Shown piece by piece: positions 1-10,898 of a stretch of DNA of 25,643 bases. Every line of letters begins with the position of its first letter. The first letter of the stretch is position 1. Location of the stretch: the NCBI RefSeq assembly GCF_006345805.1, contig NW_021835674.1, positions 1 to 25,643 of the forward strand, written 5' to 3'. A program made the translations under genes and the position numbers. Source of the stretch: Octopus sinensis (taxonomy: Eukaryota). The notes below the pieces were generated by a model. The model did no database searches. It was given only the letters and a program-made list of their open reading frames with translations, and was not told where the DNA came from.

Positions 1-1410
1 ACCAGTTTAGATATTTCTTTTGCAATTTCTTTTTTTTATAATTTTCATTTTACTTGTAACTACACCTTTTCTGTTTTAAAAGCCATAAAAATTCATTTTT
101 GAATAGGTATTGTGTTCTGGAACGAACAGCCCAAGGAAAATCTAAGCTAAGAGCACTACGAAAACAAGGACGGGAAAAACGGAGAAATGGTTTACAAATA
201 CAAATGCAAGCAACAAGACATTAACAACAGGTGTCTTTCGACTAAGGACGAATTAAACTAAGTTGGCGTGTGTGGAAGTGAAGCCTTACAGCAGGGGCAT
301 AAGAGGAGACAGGCAACGGAAGGAATATAGTCGTTGCACGGATGGTATTTATGTGTGTATGTGTGTATGTATGTATGTATGTATGTAAGTATGTATGTAT
401 GTATGTATGTATGTATGTATATATGTATATAACTACATATACATATATATTTGTTGTAGCTTCATAGAAATATAATTGTATATGCACACATGTACACAAG
501 CAAAATGAGGCTATTAAACTCTATCTGTCTATATTTCTGTCTGTGTGTCTCCCTCTCTCTCACACGCACAAAAACATGCACATACGCACGCGCACATGCA
601 TCCACGCATATCGTATGTATATAAGCATGTTTCTGAAATTTATCATATACATCAGTTTGTGATGATAGAAGAGTAACTGACTCACTGATGGGATTCGAAA
701 ATCTCCAAAATTATGTTCAATATTTTTTGTGTATTTGTGGGGGTATTATACATACATATATTACATACATGCGTTCATGCATAGATACCTACCTGCATGC
801 ATACTTAGATACATACATAAGTACTTACAACCTGCTATCATTCCTATAGAATACCTATGAGATGTCGGCAGTATACATGGTAATGAAATAACCAAGCGGA
901 AGCAACGTAAGCGGAAAGCAAAATGTATAGAAAACATCAATGCTCTGCTCCACCATTTTGGATGGTTAACCACGATAACAAATTTTAAAGGAAAAAAACG
1001 AAGTTTACACCTGATCAATTACAACTTATGCAGAAATAATAAATCTCTACAGTGACTCGTCACGCCAAGCTGTTGAAGGGAAGCTAATATTTCTAAAAAA
1101 CGAACTGAACTGAGCGAAAAATTTGGCTATCGTAAGAAACCTTTTAGTGAGTCAGTGCAAATGAGAAGTTTGCTTTCAATCTACAGCCATTATGTAGGGA
1201 AATGAGGAAGGAAAATATTACTATCAAGAAAAGGCCCTTCCCAAGAAGCTCTAGAATCATTCTGATCTAAAATCTAGAATGAAAAGAGGGATTTCAACCT
1301 TAATGCATCGATGATAAAATTAGTTACTAGAGTATACTGTACCAACATTGACAGCAAAAGGCAGGCACTTGTCCGGAAACTTTCACTTTAGTTGTTGGCA
1401 AACTGTAAGA

Positions 1411-1799
1411 CTTGATTATGTGGGTTGGAGACCCACGAGCAGTGGTGTTCTTGAAACCCCAGTAATCTCAGTAATTTGTTCCGACCAGAGAAAGAGAGAA
1501 AAAGAGAAAGGAAGGAGAGAAAGACCGAGAGAAACAGAGAGAGGTAACATGAGAGAGACGGGGAGGAAGAGAGAGAGAAAGAAATAGTACAACTTCTGGC
1601 AGTTGAGTGTTCAGTTATCAGAGCTTACTATTAGTCTTTCAGCCTCTCCAAGATCTCTCATGTTATCTCTCTTTGTTTCTCTCGGTCTTTCTCTCCTTCC
1701 TCTCTCTTTTTCTCTCTTTCTCTAGTCCGAACAAATTACTGAGATTACTGAGGTTTCAAGATCACCACTGCTCGTGGGTCTCGAACCCACATAATCAAG
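1411..1799. repeat. Long inverted repeat (fold-back/MITE-like): 146-bp arms at 1411-1556 and 1654-1799, 97-bp spacer
   Basis: Hand alignment of the left arm (cttgattatgtgggtt...catgagaga) with the reverse complement of the right arm gives 8 substitutions in 146 nt and no indels. No TSD found. Confidence 0.93.
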
Positions 1800-1825
1800 C
1801 CAATATCTTCCAGATCCATATATAG

Positions 1826-2035
1826 TTACTCTTTTACCTGTTTAAGTCATTTGACTGCGGCCATGCTGGAGTAGCGCCTGAAAGCGTTTAGTCAACTACA
1901 GGACTTATTCTTTGTAAGCCTAGTATTTACTCCATCGGTCTCCTATGCTGGAGCGTTAATTTACGGGGACGTAAACACACCAACACCGGTTGTCAAGTGA
2001 TGGTCGGGGCACAAACACAGACACAAAGACACACA
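1826..2035 (-). mobile_element. tRNA-derived SINE family A, 3' half
   Basis: Reverse complement matches the 3' half of the 6497-6982 copy (gcttgacaaccg...gtgtgtttacgtccccgtaa...ggcttacaaagaataagtcct...ctccagcatggccgcagtcaaatgact). Confidence 0.9.
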
Positions 2036-2107
2036 CACATATATGTATACACCCCCCACACACATATATATATATATATATATATACTGGATATATATAT
2101 ATATATT

Positions 2108-2415
2108 TATATAGGTAGTTCTTCATCTCAGTTGTCTAAGAGAATATCTAATCATTACTCTACATTTAGGCATATCAATAAACGTAACAATACAGAGCTT
2201 AGTAAATTAATCTGGTATCTAAAAGATCATAATATACGATTTAATTTGGAATGGAATATTCTCTCTATTTCTTTACCTTATGACAAAGTTAAATCTTTTT
2301 CCTCCCTTTGTAATAGTGAAATATTTTTTTTATCCTATTCTCAAAGAATTCCTTTGTAAATACCTTTATAGAACGCACTTACCGTTGCAAACATTGGAAG
2401 AAACATACCTTTTGT
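2108..2415 (+). pseudogene. Penelope-like retroelement GIY-YIG endonuclease fragment (decayed)
   Basis: Translation YIGSSSSQLSKRISNHYSTFRHINKRNNTELSKLIWYLKDHNIRFNLEWNIL...LCNSEIFFL, then after a frameshift ...CKHWKK. This fits the PLE endonuclease pattern YIG..F..R..NH..SF..N.TELS.YIW.LK..W.I..C.LC..EK..CRH (family knowledge). The GIY half is replaced by (TA)n. Confidence 0.85.
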
Positions 2416-2689
2416 TCCTATAAGTAATTTCTACCATTCTATATAATTTGACCTTTGATTGTCTTCTTACATTTCACTTCCACTAAATATATCTAATTCC
2501 ACGCTTTTAAGCTTTATTCTAATTCACCTATCGGTCTATATTTCTCCACTATTAGTTTTTCTGCTAATTTCTTTCTTTCTTCTCCTTCTCTTTCTATAAG
2601 CTACCTTTGACGTTATATCTGTTAATGATTTTAAAAAAACAACAACTTAATAGCGTTCCCTTCATCATATACGCAGTCATTCACCTTCG

Positions 2690-2928
2690 CAAGTGGGACC
2701 AAGTTAGAATTTTTTTCAGATCGAGTAGCCTATCCCACTCAAAAGATCCTGAATGAGGCTTGTTTAAGGATGTTTCCAGAGGTGAATGTTTCAAACCCCA
2801 AAGAATTCCTCTCAACACATAACTATGTTGCTCCCTCACTACTTCTACTCATAATCAGAGATGCACATATCGTCAGCCACCAAGAGACATGTTCGACTGG
2901 CTAAGGTCAAACGACTGACAAGCAGATC
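2690..2928. mobile_element. Fragment of a high-copy octopus interspersed repeat (probably LINE-derived non-coding region)
   Basis: The motif string gtttccagaggtgaat...caaaccccaaagaat...cagagatgcacatatcgtcagccac...ggtcaaac.actgacaagca is recalled as an abundant octopus repeat. Only one copy is in the window, so it cannot be confirmed internally. Confidence 0.4.
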
Positions 2929-3105
2929 TTCTTCTTCTTCTTCTTTTCTCTTCTTCTTCTTCTTTTTCTTCTTCTTATTCTCTTCTTCTTTTTCTTCATC
3001 ATCTTCTTCCATTATTGTTGGTGGTTGTTGTTGTGTTGTTATATATTATATTATTATTATTATTATTATTATATTATTATCTATTATTATATTATTATTA
3101 TTATT
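2929..3105. repeat. Compound trinucleotide microsatellite (TTC)n-(GTT)n-(ATT)n
   Basis: Directly visible. Confidence 0.95.
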
Positions 3106-3119
3106 TCTCATAATTTCAG

Positions 3120-3161
3120 AGTCTGGCGCAGATTTTAAGGCGTTCGCGACATGCGATTTCA
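3120..3161 (+). CDS. Candidate 42-nt internal micro-exon (phase 1: ESGADFKAFATCDF; phase 0: SLAQILRRSRHAIS)
   Basis: Acceptor ttatttctcataatttcAG and donor tca|GTGAGT. Length is divisible by 3, it is open in 2 of 3 phases, and it is a CpG-rich island between microsatellites. No homologue recognised. Confidence 0.4.
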
Positions 3162-3305
3162 GTGAGTCTGCCTTCCTAACTTGAAGGAAACGTGCATTCC
3201 AACAAAAATTCGAGCCGCGACTAATGGTCGACGAAAACCGTAGAAGCGAAGGCCCCAGCGGTAAAAGAAGAAAAATCAGTAGCTATAGTCATAGTAACAG
3301 CTGCG

Positions 3306-3520
<215 letters not shown>

Positions 3521-3699
3521 TGAAGGTAGATGGAAGTAGGAGGGGAGTGTTATAGAATATGTAGTATGGGAGTGTGTAGATGTATATCGATGGAATGAGG
3601 AGTGCGGGGGGGGGCGACACGTGACACTTGTTCAGCCGAGCTTTGTTGCAACAATAGACAACAGCAGCCCCACTTCCTCACCTCCCATCTCTGTCTTCA

Positions 3700-3895
3700 A
3701 CCATCGCTTCCTCATCACCATTACTACCACTACCATCACTACCACCAACATCTCCTCAACCACCCTCATCATCGTCGTCCCCACCACTACCACCACCACC
3801 ACCACCACCACCACAAACATAACAATTACCATGACGATGACTTGCCACAACAACTCCACCAACACCACCACTATCACCACCAGCACCAGTACCAC

Positions 3896-3939
<44 letters not shown>

Positions 3940-4010
3940 GCTGCAGCAGCAGCAGCAGCAGCAGCAGTACTAGCAAAAACGCTACCACTATCATTATCAT
4001 CGCCACCATT
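3700..4010. repeat. Patchwork trinucleotide repeat (CAC/CAT/CAG/TAC)
   Basis: Directly visible; source of the poly-H/T/I/S/Q ORFs. Confidence 0.93.
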
Positions 4011-4014
4011 CTTC

Positions 4015-4716
4015 ATTAAGAAGAAAAACAATGAATAGATAATTAAAAAAATTTTAATGAAAGAAATGAAATAAGAAAACTTTGAGGAAAAGAAGAGAGG
4101 AAAAAAGAAGGAAAAAATAAGAAGGAAATTAAATGAGAAAAACAAATGTGAATGAGAGATGTAGGAAGGAAGGAGATATGTTTGGAATATGGAATAGAAA
4201 AGATTGAAGGAGAAAATATAGAAAGAGAGACGATGAAGAAAAGAAAGAGAGAATGAAGAGCTATAAAGAATGGCGACAGTGTGAAAGAGAGCTAGAGGAA
4301 AGGATAAAGAAAAGAAAGATAATGAAAGAAGGAATGAAGAATAATTGATGGGAAGAGTTGAATGACGAGTAGAATGAAAAAGTATTGAGAATATAATTTT
4401 GTGGAGAAGTGGGCAAAAGAAAAGGAAAAGATGCGAAATAAGATGGAGTAAAGAAAAGATAGAAAAAAAAATTAAATGACATATATAAAAGAGTTGGGAG
4501 GAAATAAAATGGACGAAACGAAACGAAAATCAGTGTTTTTTTTTTTAGAAAATGGCGGAAGTGGAAAAAAAAAGCAATGGAACGAAAGAAAGAAAAACTA
4601 AAAGAAAGAAAAAATGAACGAAAGTAGAAAGAAATCCAGAGAGAAATCAAATAAAGTAGGTGTGTGTATGTAGAGGGTGTGTAAAGGAGAGAAAGAGAGA
4701 GAAAAAGAGAGAGAGA
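4015..4716 (+). repeat. Purine-rich (GA-rich) low-complexity tract
   Basis: Strong A/G bias over about 700 nt, ending in (GA)n. Confidence 0.85.
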
Positions 4717-5003
4717 TGGTGAGTGAATTGATAACATTTTCTTAAGCCATTGACACAATGAATATCGTCTGTCTTGCAAACACCTCCTGGACACTAACGT
4801 ACATTGTAATGGCTGCTGAGCAAAGATCTTCTCACCGGAAGTGACTGCCGTAGCAAATTAAACGTGCAATGAAATAGTTAGCTTGCAGCTAGTTAAGTTT
4901 GTTTACACTGCACTAGATATTTGTCTTTTTCTGGTTTTATAAGCCTATTGGGCCGTGATTTTTCAATTGGTCACCGTGTCTATATATGCGTGGTTATTGG
5001 TGA

Positions 5004-5039
<36 letters not shown>

Positions 5040-5307
5040 TGAGGGTGTCTAGTTGTACATAGTAGATGAGAAAATGTGCGTATATACATGATTGTGGTTT
5101 TACATTACATTTAAACACATTCACGCGCACGCGTAAACGCAGCCAAATATGTGTATAATGTGTGTATAGGTTTGAACCATTTGCGTGCGCACATGCAGGT
5201 TACATATGCACGTGTATGCATCTATACGTAAATAAGAACGTACACACACACTTACTTAAGTACATACCTAGATACATGTGTATGTATATCTTGTATATAC
5301 ATCCTCC

Positions 5308-5349
<42 letters not shown>

Positions 5350-5819
5350 ATTTGTGTGTGTATTCTATTGTCAAAAGTTATTGAATTACGGTTTCGTGGG
5401 GTTTTTTTTCTTTTGTATCAAACCTTGTGAAATTTCTCATTTGTAATGGAAACGATTTCGCAGCAACAAATCAAGGTTGAAAAGGAAAGACACAAAAGTG
5501 ATAAAAAGTGGTTTTAATGGCGAAAAAATGACATAAGATATATGATTTATTTATAAAGACTAACAAACACCATCCCCCACCCCCATCATAAAGAACAAAA
5601 ATATTTTTGAACACATCGAAAAGTGTGATTAACTTTTCATCATTAGAGTTAAAATCGCCTTTTCTGATTCGTTTGTATGGTATACCAGGAATACTCACCT
5701 ATTTAGATAAATAGCGTAATTAATTAATTGATTAATTAATAAGCTGACAACCATTTAAGCAAATATTTTCATGATCAAAGTTTTTGCGGTTCGATCTTAT
5801 TTTAGCAACAGAGAGAGCG

Positions 5820-5824
5820 AGATG

Positions 5825-5896
<72 letters not shown>

Positions 5897-5948
5897 AATG
5901 TAAATAGATAGATAGATAGACAGACAGATAGCCAGATTGATAGATAGA

Positions 5949-6018
<70 letters not shown>

Positions 6019-6055
6019 GCAAAGAGAGGGAGAGAGAGAACGAGAGAGAGGGAGA
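5820..6055. repeat. (GATA)n microsatellite followed by (GA)n
   Basis: Directly visible. Confidence 0.97.
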
Positions 6056-6171
6056 GAATTTGTATCTGGTCTACTCATCCTATAGCAACATCGATGTTCT
6101 GCTATCAGACCGCATATTAAATGGAAAGATCCCAAAGAAGTTTTGCAGCATTTTATCTGTGTGTATGCTGG

Positions 6172-6260
6172 GAGTTCAAATTCTGCCGAGGTTCACTTTG
6201 CCTTTCATCATTTCGGGGTCGATAAATTAAGTACCAGTCGAGCATTTGAATCGATGTAAT
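6172..6260 (+). mobile_element. SINE family B, internal fragment
   Basis: gagttcaaattctgccgagg...ctttgcctttcatc.tttcggggtcgataaattaagtaccag matches the copies at 12059 and 19537. Confidence 0.85.
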
Positions 6261-6496
6261 GAAATAGAAAAAAATTGGGACATTCTGCCCATAACAGAAT
6301 GGAATATTTTAGTCAGCACAGGTTTCAAAGTGACTCAAGGGGCAAGAGTTTCGTTCATGCCACTCATCAAACTGGTTTCGATTAAAAGTAACATGAACGA
6401 AGATCTGGGTTCTTGAGTCACTTTGTGACTTCTGGCAATCATTTAATCAATCAATTCAATGATGCCATTGATATGAAAAGTCAATGAAAAATTAAT

Positions 6497-6718
6497 GGCG
6501 CAGGAGGGGCAGTGTGGTAAGTAGCTTGCTTACACATGGTTCCGGGTTCAGCCCCACTGCGTGGCACCTTGGGCAAGTGTCTTCTACTGTAGCAAATCGA
6601 CCCCAGGACTTATTCTTTGTAAGCTTAGTACTTATGCTATCAGTCTTCTACTATAGCCTCGGGCCGACCAAAGCCTTGTAAGTGGATTTGGTTGACGGAA
6701 ACTGAAAGAAGCCCGTCG

Positions 6719-6765
<47 letters not shown>

Positions 6766-6982
6766 TTATGTCTGTGTATGTTCCCCCAACATCGCTTGAT
6801 AACCGATGCTAGTGTGTTTACGTCACCGTAACTTAGCGGTTCGACAAAAGAAACCGATAGAATAAGTACTTGGCTTACAAATAATAAGTACTTGGCTTAC
6901 AAATAATAAGTCCTTGGGTCGATTTGCTCGACTAAAGGCGGTGCTCCAGCATGGCTGCAGTCAAATGACTGAAACAAGTAAA
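6497..6982 (+). mobile_element. tRNA-derived SINE family A, full length, rearranged internally
   Basis: Head ggcgcaggag..gtgtggtaagtagcttgctta..ccgggttcag.cccactgcgtggcaccttgggcaagtg with Pol III A/B-box-like motifs, an internal (TA)/(TG) linker and a 3' tail. Near-identical to the - strand copies at 9429-9714 and 15879-16270. Confidence 0.93.
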
Positions 6983-7179
6983 TTGTATAATTGAAGCGTG
7001 ATGAATTGAAATGTAAAAATTTGAAACAAATAAACTAAAAAAAAACACCAATAATATAACTAAATAATATAAGTTACTGTTTAATAGTATTCTCCATTTC
7101 TCCATTAAAAATGGGAGACAACTTTGATTTTATTTCAGTCTTATGTCAACCTCCTCAGCAAAATTTCCCTCCCCATCAA

Positions 7180-8014
7180 TCCCGCACACACAAACACATA
7201 CACACACACACACTTACACACACGCATGCACATACATGTACCTGAGTCTGTGTGCATATGTATGTATGTATGTATGCATGCATGTATGTATGTATGTATG
7301 TATGCATGTATGTATGTATGTATGTATGTATGTATTATGCATGTATGTATGTATGTATGTATGCATGTATGTATGTATGTATGTATGTATGTATGTATGT
7401 ATGTATGTATGCATGTATGTATGTCTCTGTGCTTTAATACACTTGTATACATGTGTGTATACTTGTCTGCGTGTGCGTTTAATACAACACACTTCTATGT
7501 GAATGAGTGTCAGTGCATGTAATGATGTATACATGTAAATTTTAGCGCGCACAACGAAAAATATATACGTATGTGTGTGAATGTGCGTGTGAGTGTGTAT
7601 GTGTGTGTATGTGTGTGTTTGTGTATATGTGTATGTGTGTATATGTCTGTGTGTATGTGTGTTTGAGAGAGAGAGAGAGAAAGAAAAAGGGTGTGTGTAT
7701 ATGTGTATATGTGTGCGTATGTGTTTATATGTGTGTTTGTGTATGTGAAAGAAAGAGAGAAAGAGAAAGGGAGTATGTGTATATGTGTATATGTGTATTT
7801 GTGCTTGTGCGTGTGTATGTTTGTGTATATGTGCGCGTGTGTATATGTGTGTTTGTGTGTGCATGTGTGTGTGTGCGTGTGTGTGTGGTACGTTTGCATG
7901 TTGTTAACATGTGTAGGCTTGTGGTGGTCTTTATCCATACATGTATACATGTGAGTATGCGTGTATAAGTATACATCACGGTTGTTTACAGATTGTGTGG
8001 TGTGCATCGGTGTG

Positions 8015-8061
<47 letters not shown>

Positions 8062-8285
8062 CATGAATGTGCATAATAAATTTGTATTATTATATGAATG
8101 TGCGTGCGTGCTGCATGTGTGTGTGTGTGCCAAAGCGTGAACATGCAGTTGACAATGTGCATGTATGTGTATGTATTCATTGTGTGATGTATATATGTGC
8201 ATGTGCATTTTAGTATTTTGCATGTGTGTGTGGTGTCTATGTATGTATATATGTATACATACATATATATATATATATGTTATAT

Positions 8286-8337
<52 letters not shown>

Positions 8338-8670
8338 TATATATATACATACATACATATATATACATATATACATTTATTTATTTGTGTGTCTATAGGT
8401 GCGGTGAGTATGTGTATTTGTGTGCTTGTGCATAAACGTGTATATGTATATAAATGTACATATATACATACATACATACATACATGCATACATATATATA
8501 TATGTGCATATTTACACACATGCACACACACAGATAGATGAGTATGTGAATGCACTGTACGTACTATGCGTGCATGTATGCATACGAAACTGCATGCGTG
8601 AATGTGTGTGCCTATGTGTGTGTGTGTATGTGTGTGTGTGGTTGTGTTTGTGTTTGTGTGTGTGTGTGTG
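7180..8670. repeat. Large compound microsatellite field (CA, TATG, TG, GA, TA)
   Basis: Directly visible; generates many spurious MYVC/HTYI ORFs. Confidence 0.95.
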
Positions 8671-8791
8671 GGCGTGCGCAATGAGTGCAAAGGCGATCTG
8701 ATAAGATGGCGTCGTTAAAACACAGAGCAAGCCACTAATGGAAGTATTTGGTACGATCGTGTCACGAAGGATTGACTAACTTGTCAAGTTG

Positions 8792-8819
8792 TTATGTTGT
8801 TATTATCATTATTATTATC

Positions 8820-8854
<35 letters not shown>

Positions 8855-8943
8855 TATTATTATTATTATTATTTTTATCATTATTATCATTATTATTATT
8901 ATTATTTTTATCATTATTATTTTTATCATTATTATTATTATTA

Positions 8944-8981
<38 letters not shown>

Positions 8982-8990
8982 ATTATTATT
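8792..8990. repeat. (ATT)n microsatellite
   Basis: Directly visible. Confidence 0.97.
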
Positions 8991-9344
8991 GATGTTTTTC
9001 CTTGTTAAGTTTTATTGATTTTTATTGAGATTATTAATATTATTTTCTCGTTTATTTTTTATCTCCTTTCTACCGCTGTGAAGTCTTTGTTGCTGCCGCT
9101 GCTGTTGTTGTTGTTGTTTTAACCGTGGTCAATTCTGATCAAGCAGGTCTATGATTAAAGGTAATCCAGCTATGACCATCTCGTCGTATACGACATATTT
9201 TATAATGTATATTCTCGTTCCTCGACCCGTGTTTCTCGTGTATCTCATGATGGACATTTATTATCTCTTATTCTCATTTCAAATAAATGATCTCATGGAA
9301 ACGCTGAACATTACAGGATCCTCTTTTATTTCATCCTCATTGCC

Positions 9345-9430
9345 ATCGCCACCAGCACCAGCACCAGCACCAGCACCAGCACCAGCACCACCACCACCAC
9401 CACCACCAGCACCACCACTACCACCACCAC
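9345..9430. repeat. (GCACCA)n/(CCA)n repeat
   Basis: Directly visible. Confidence 0.93.
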
Positions 9431-9714
9431 GTAAACACACCACCATCGGTTGTCAAGAGATGTTGGGGGTGGGGTAACAAACACAGACACACAAACATAT
9501 ATACACACACATACGTATACATACATATATATATATATACATATATATATACGACGGGCTTCTTTCAGTTTCCGTCTACCAAATCCACTCACAAGGCCTT
9601 GGTCGGCCCGAGGCTATAGTAGAAGACACTTGACCAAGGTGCCACGCAGTGAGACTGAACCCGGAACCATGTGGCTGGTAAGCAAGCTACTTACCACACA
9701 GCCACTCCTGCGCC
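9429..9714 (-). mobile_element. tRNA-derived SINE family A, 3'-truncated
   Basis: Reverse complement begins ggcgcaggagtggctgtgtggtaagtagcttgcttaccagccacatggttccgggttcagtctcactgcgtggcacc and matches the 6497 copy. Confidence 0.93.
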
Positions 9715-10009
9715 TATATTAATGAAAAGAAAGAACTCGCTGGAGATGTAGTCCCAGATACACTGGCAAGGTTTTAGTAAAAATCCCCTCTCGCAAAAAT
9801 AAAAAACCGAAAACAAAAAAAAAAAACAAACAAACAAACGAGGTGGTTATGGCTGAAGTGATTTTAGTAAGGGTTCCAATCGATCAGACTTGACCCAGGG
9901 CTAAACAGCAACAGCAACAACAACAACAGGGGCAGCAGCAGCGGCAGGAAGAACACCAGACTTCTTGAATTTCCAAATCGTTTTATACTTTATTCCCAAT
10001 TGTTATCGC

Positions 10010-10185
10010 CGTTGTTTTGATCGTTCCTTGACATCCTGCAGAACAATATCCTGGTCAAATGCTGATTGATAGGATACATCGATAACATAAAATCCTTCAT
10101 TAACCGTGACTTTAACAATGATGTCTGACTGAGATACCTTAATGTCCCTGCAACTCCCTATCATAAGGGACAGATATCACGTTAA
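10010..10185 (-). pseudogene. Possible decayed restriction-like endonuclease (RLE) fragment of an R2/R4-type non-LTR retrotransposon
   Basis: Hand translation gives YDRELQGH*, then after a frame break SDIIVKVTVNEGFYVIDVSYQSAFDQDIVLQDVKERSK. This resembles the RLE motif (TDR.I..N.)PDIvv....iiDv..p.d.n....e.eK..KY. The match is weak. Confidence 0.35.
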
Positions 10186-10344
10186 TGGGGAAAAAGGGGC
10201 GCGTCATTAATTGAAAGGTTTTTTTTTTCTAAATGCTTTGTTTGTTTTCATTTAAGTGTTTATTCAATTTGTTTGTTTTGATTCTGATAATGCTTACATC
10301 TTTGCACTTAAAATGCAGCTCCCTGCTCTACTATACCGGGCTCC

Positions 10345-10455
<111 letters not shown>

Positions 10456-10685
10456 CTGGCTTAGCCAACGCTGGACAGACTAACACAATGTGGCCAATTG
10501 TACAGTCAATACCCTATCTTCTGATTAGTCGTAAAATTTTTTTGGGGGGGAGCAAGTTTATAGCTGTTATTGGTATTTATCTATTTATTTACTTATTTAT
10601 TTATTTGTTTTGTTTTGTTTTCATTTCATTGATGAGACAAAAGATTAGGGGCTGTTCTGGAAAGTAATTCGTGAGATCACCGGAC

Positions 10686-10715
10686 AACTTCCGGCTTTAT
10701 CGCTTACCGGAAGTT
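10686..10715. promoter_or_regulatory. Inverted pair of ETS-type motifs (aacttccgg-N12-ccggaagtt)
   Basis: Perfect 9-bp inverted repeat, each arm containing CCGGAAGT (ETS core consensus). Function is not shown. Confidence 0.4.
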
Positions 10716-10734
10716 CGAAACATTATTTTGTAAA

Positions 10735-10864
10735 ATGGGACACCAGCAGCCACAAACAACATCATACAAGATTGTCATCGGGATCATCGATGAGCGTCGT
10801 AGTCGCCGCCGCCGCCGCCACAACCACCACTACCACCACCATCATCATCATCACCACCACCACC

Positions 10865-10898
<34 letters not shown>

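Noticed and set aside
110-345. Possible additional Penelope terminal repeat on the - strand
   Set aside because: It has a gtcgaaagac string but no CUGANGA box and no second copy in the window, so it is unsupported.
3602-4145. Poly-His/Gln/Thr ORFs resembling transcription-factor low-complexity regions, and poly-Pro ORFs at 11116-11672 resembling formin/extensin
   Set aside because: Pure trinucleotide mosaics, open in several frames on both strands, with no flanking folded domain or credible splice structure.
6497-6570. tRNA genes at SINE heads (also 9650-9714, 12059, 19537 and the B-box-like string at about 18090)
   Set aside because: A/B-box-like motifs are present but there is no complete cloverleaf, and they continue into shared SINE bodies.
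7124-8730. Many 70-290 aa ORFs (MYVC/HTYI/IYIY types), also at 242, 761, 5732, 12562-14175, 20965-21463 and 24915-25623
   Set aside because: They are translations of di- and tetranucleotide microsatellites that lack stop codons; there is no domain content.
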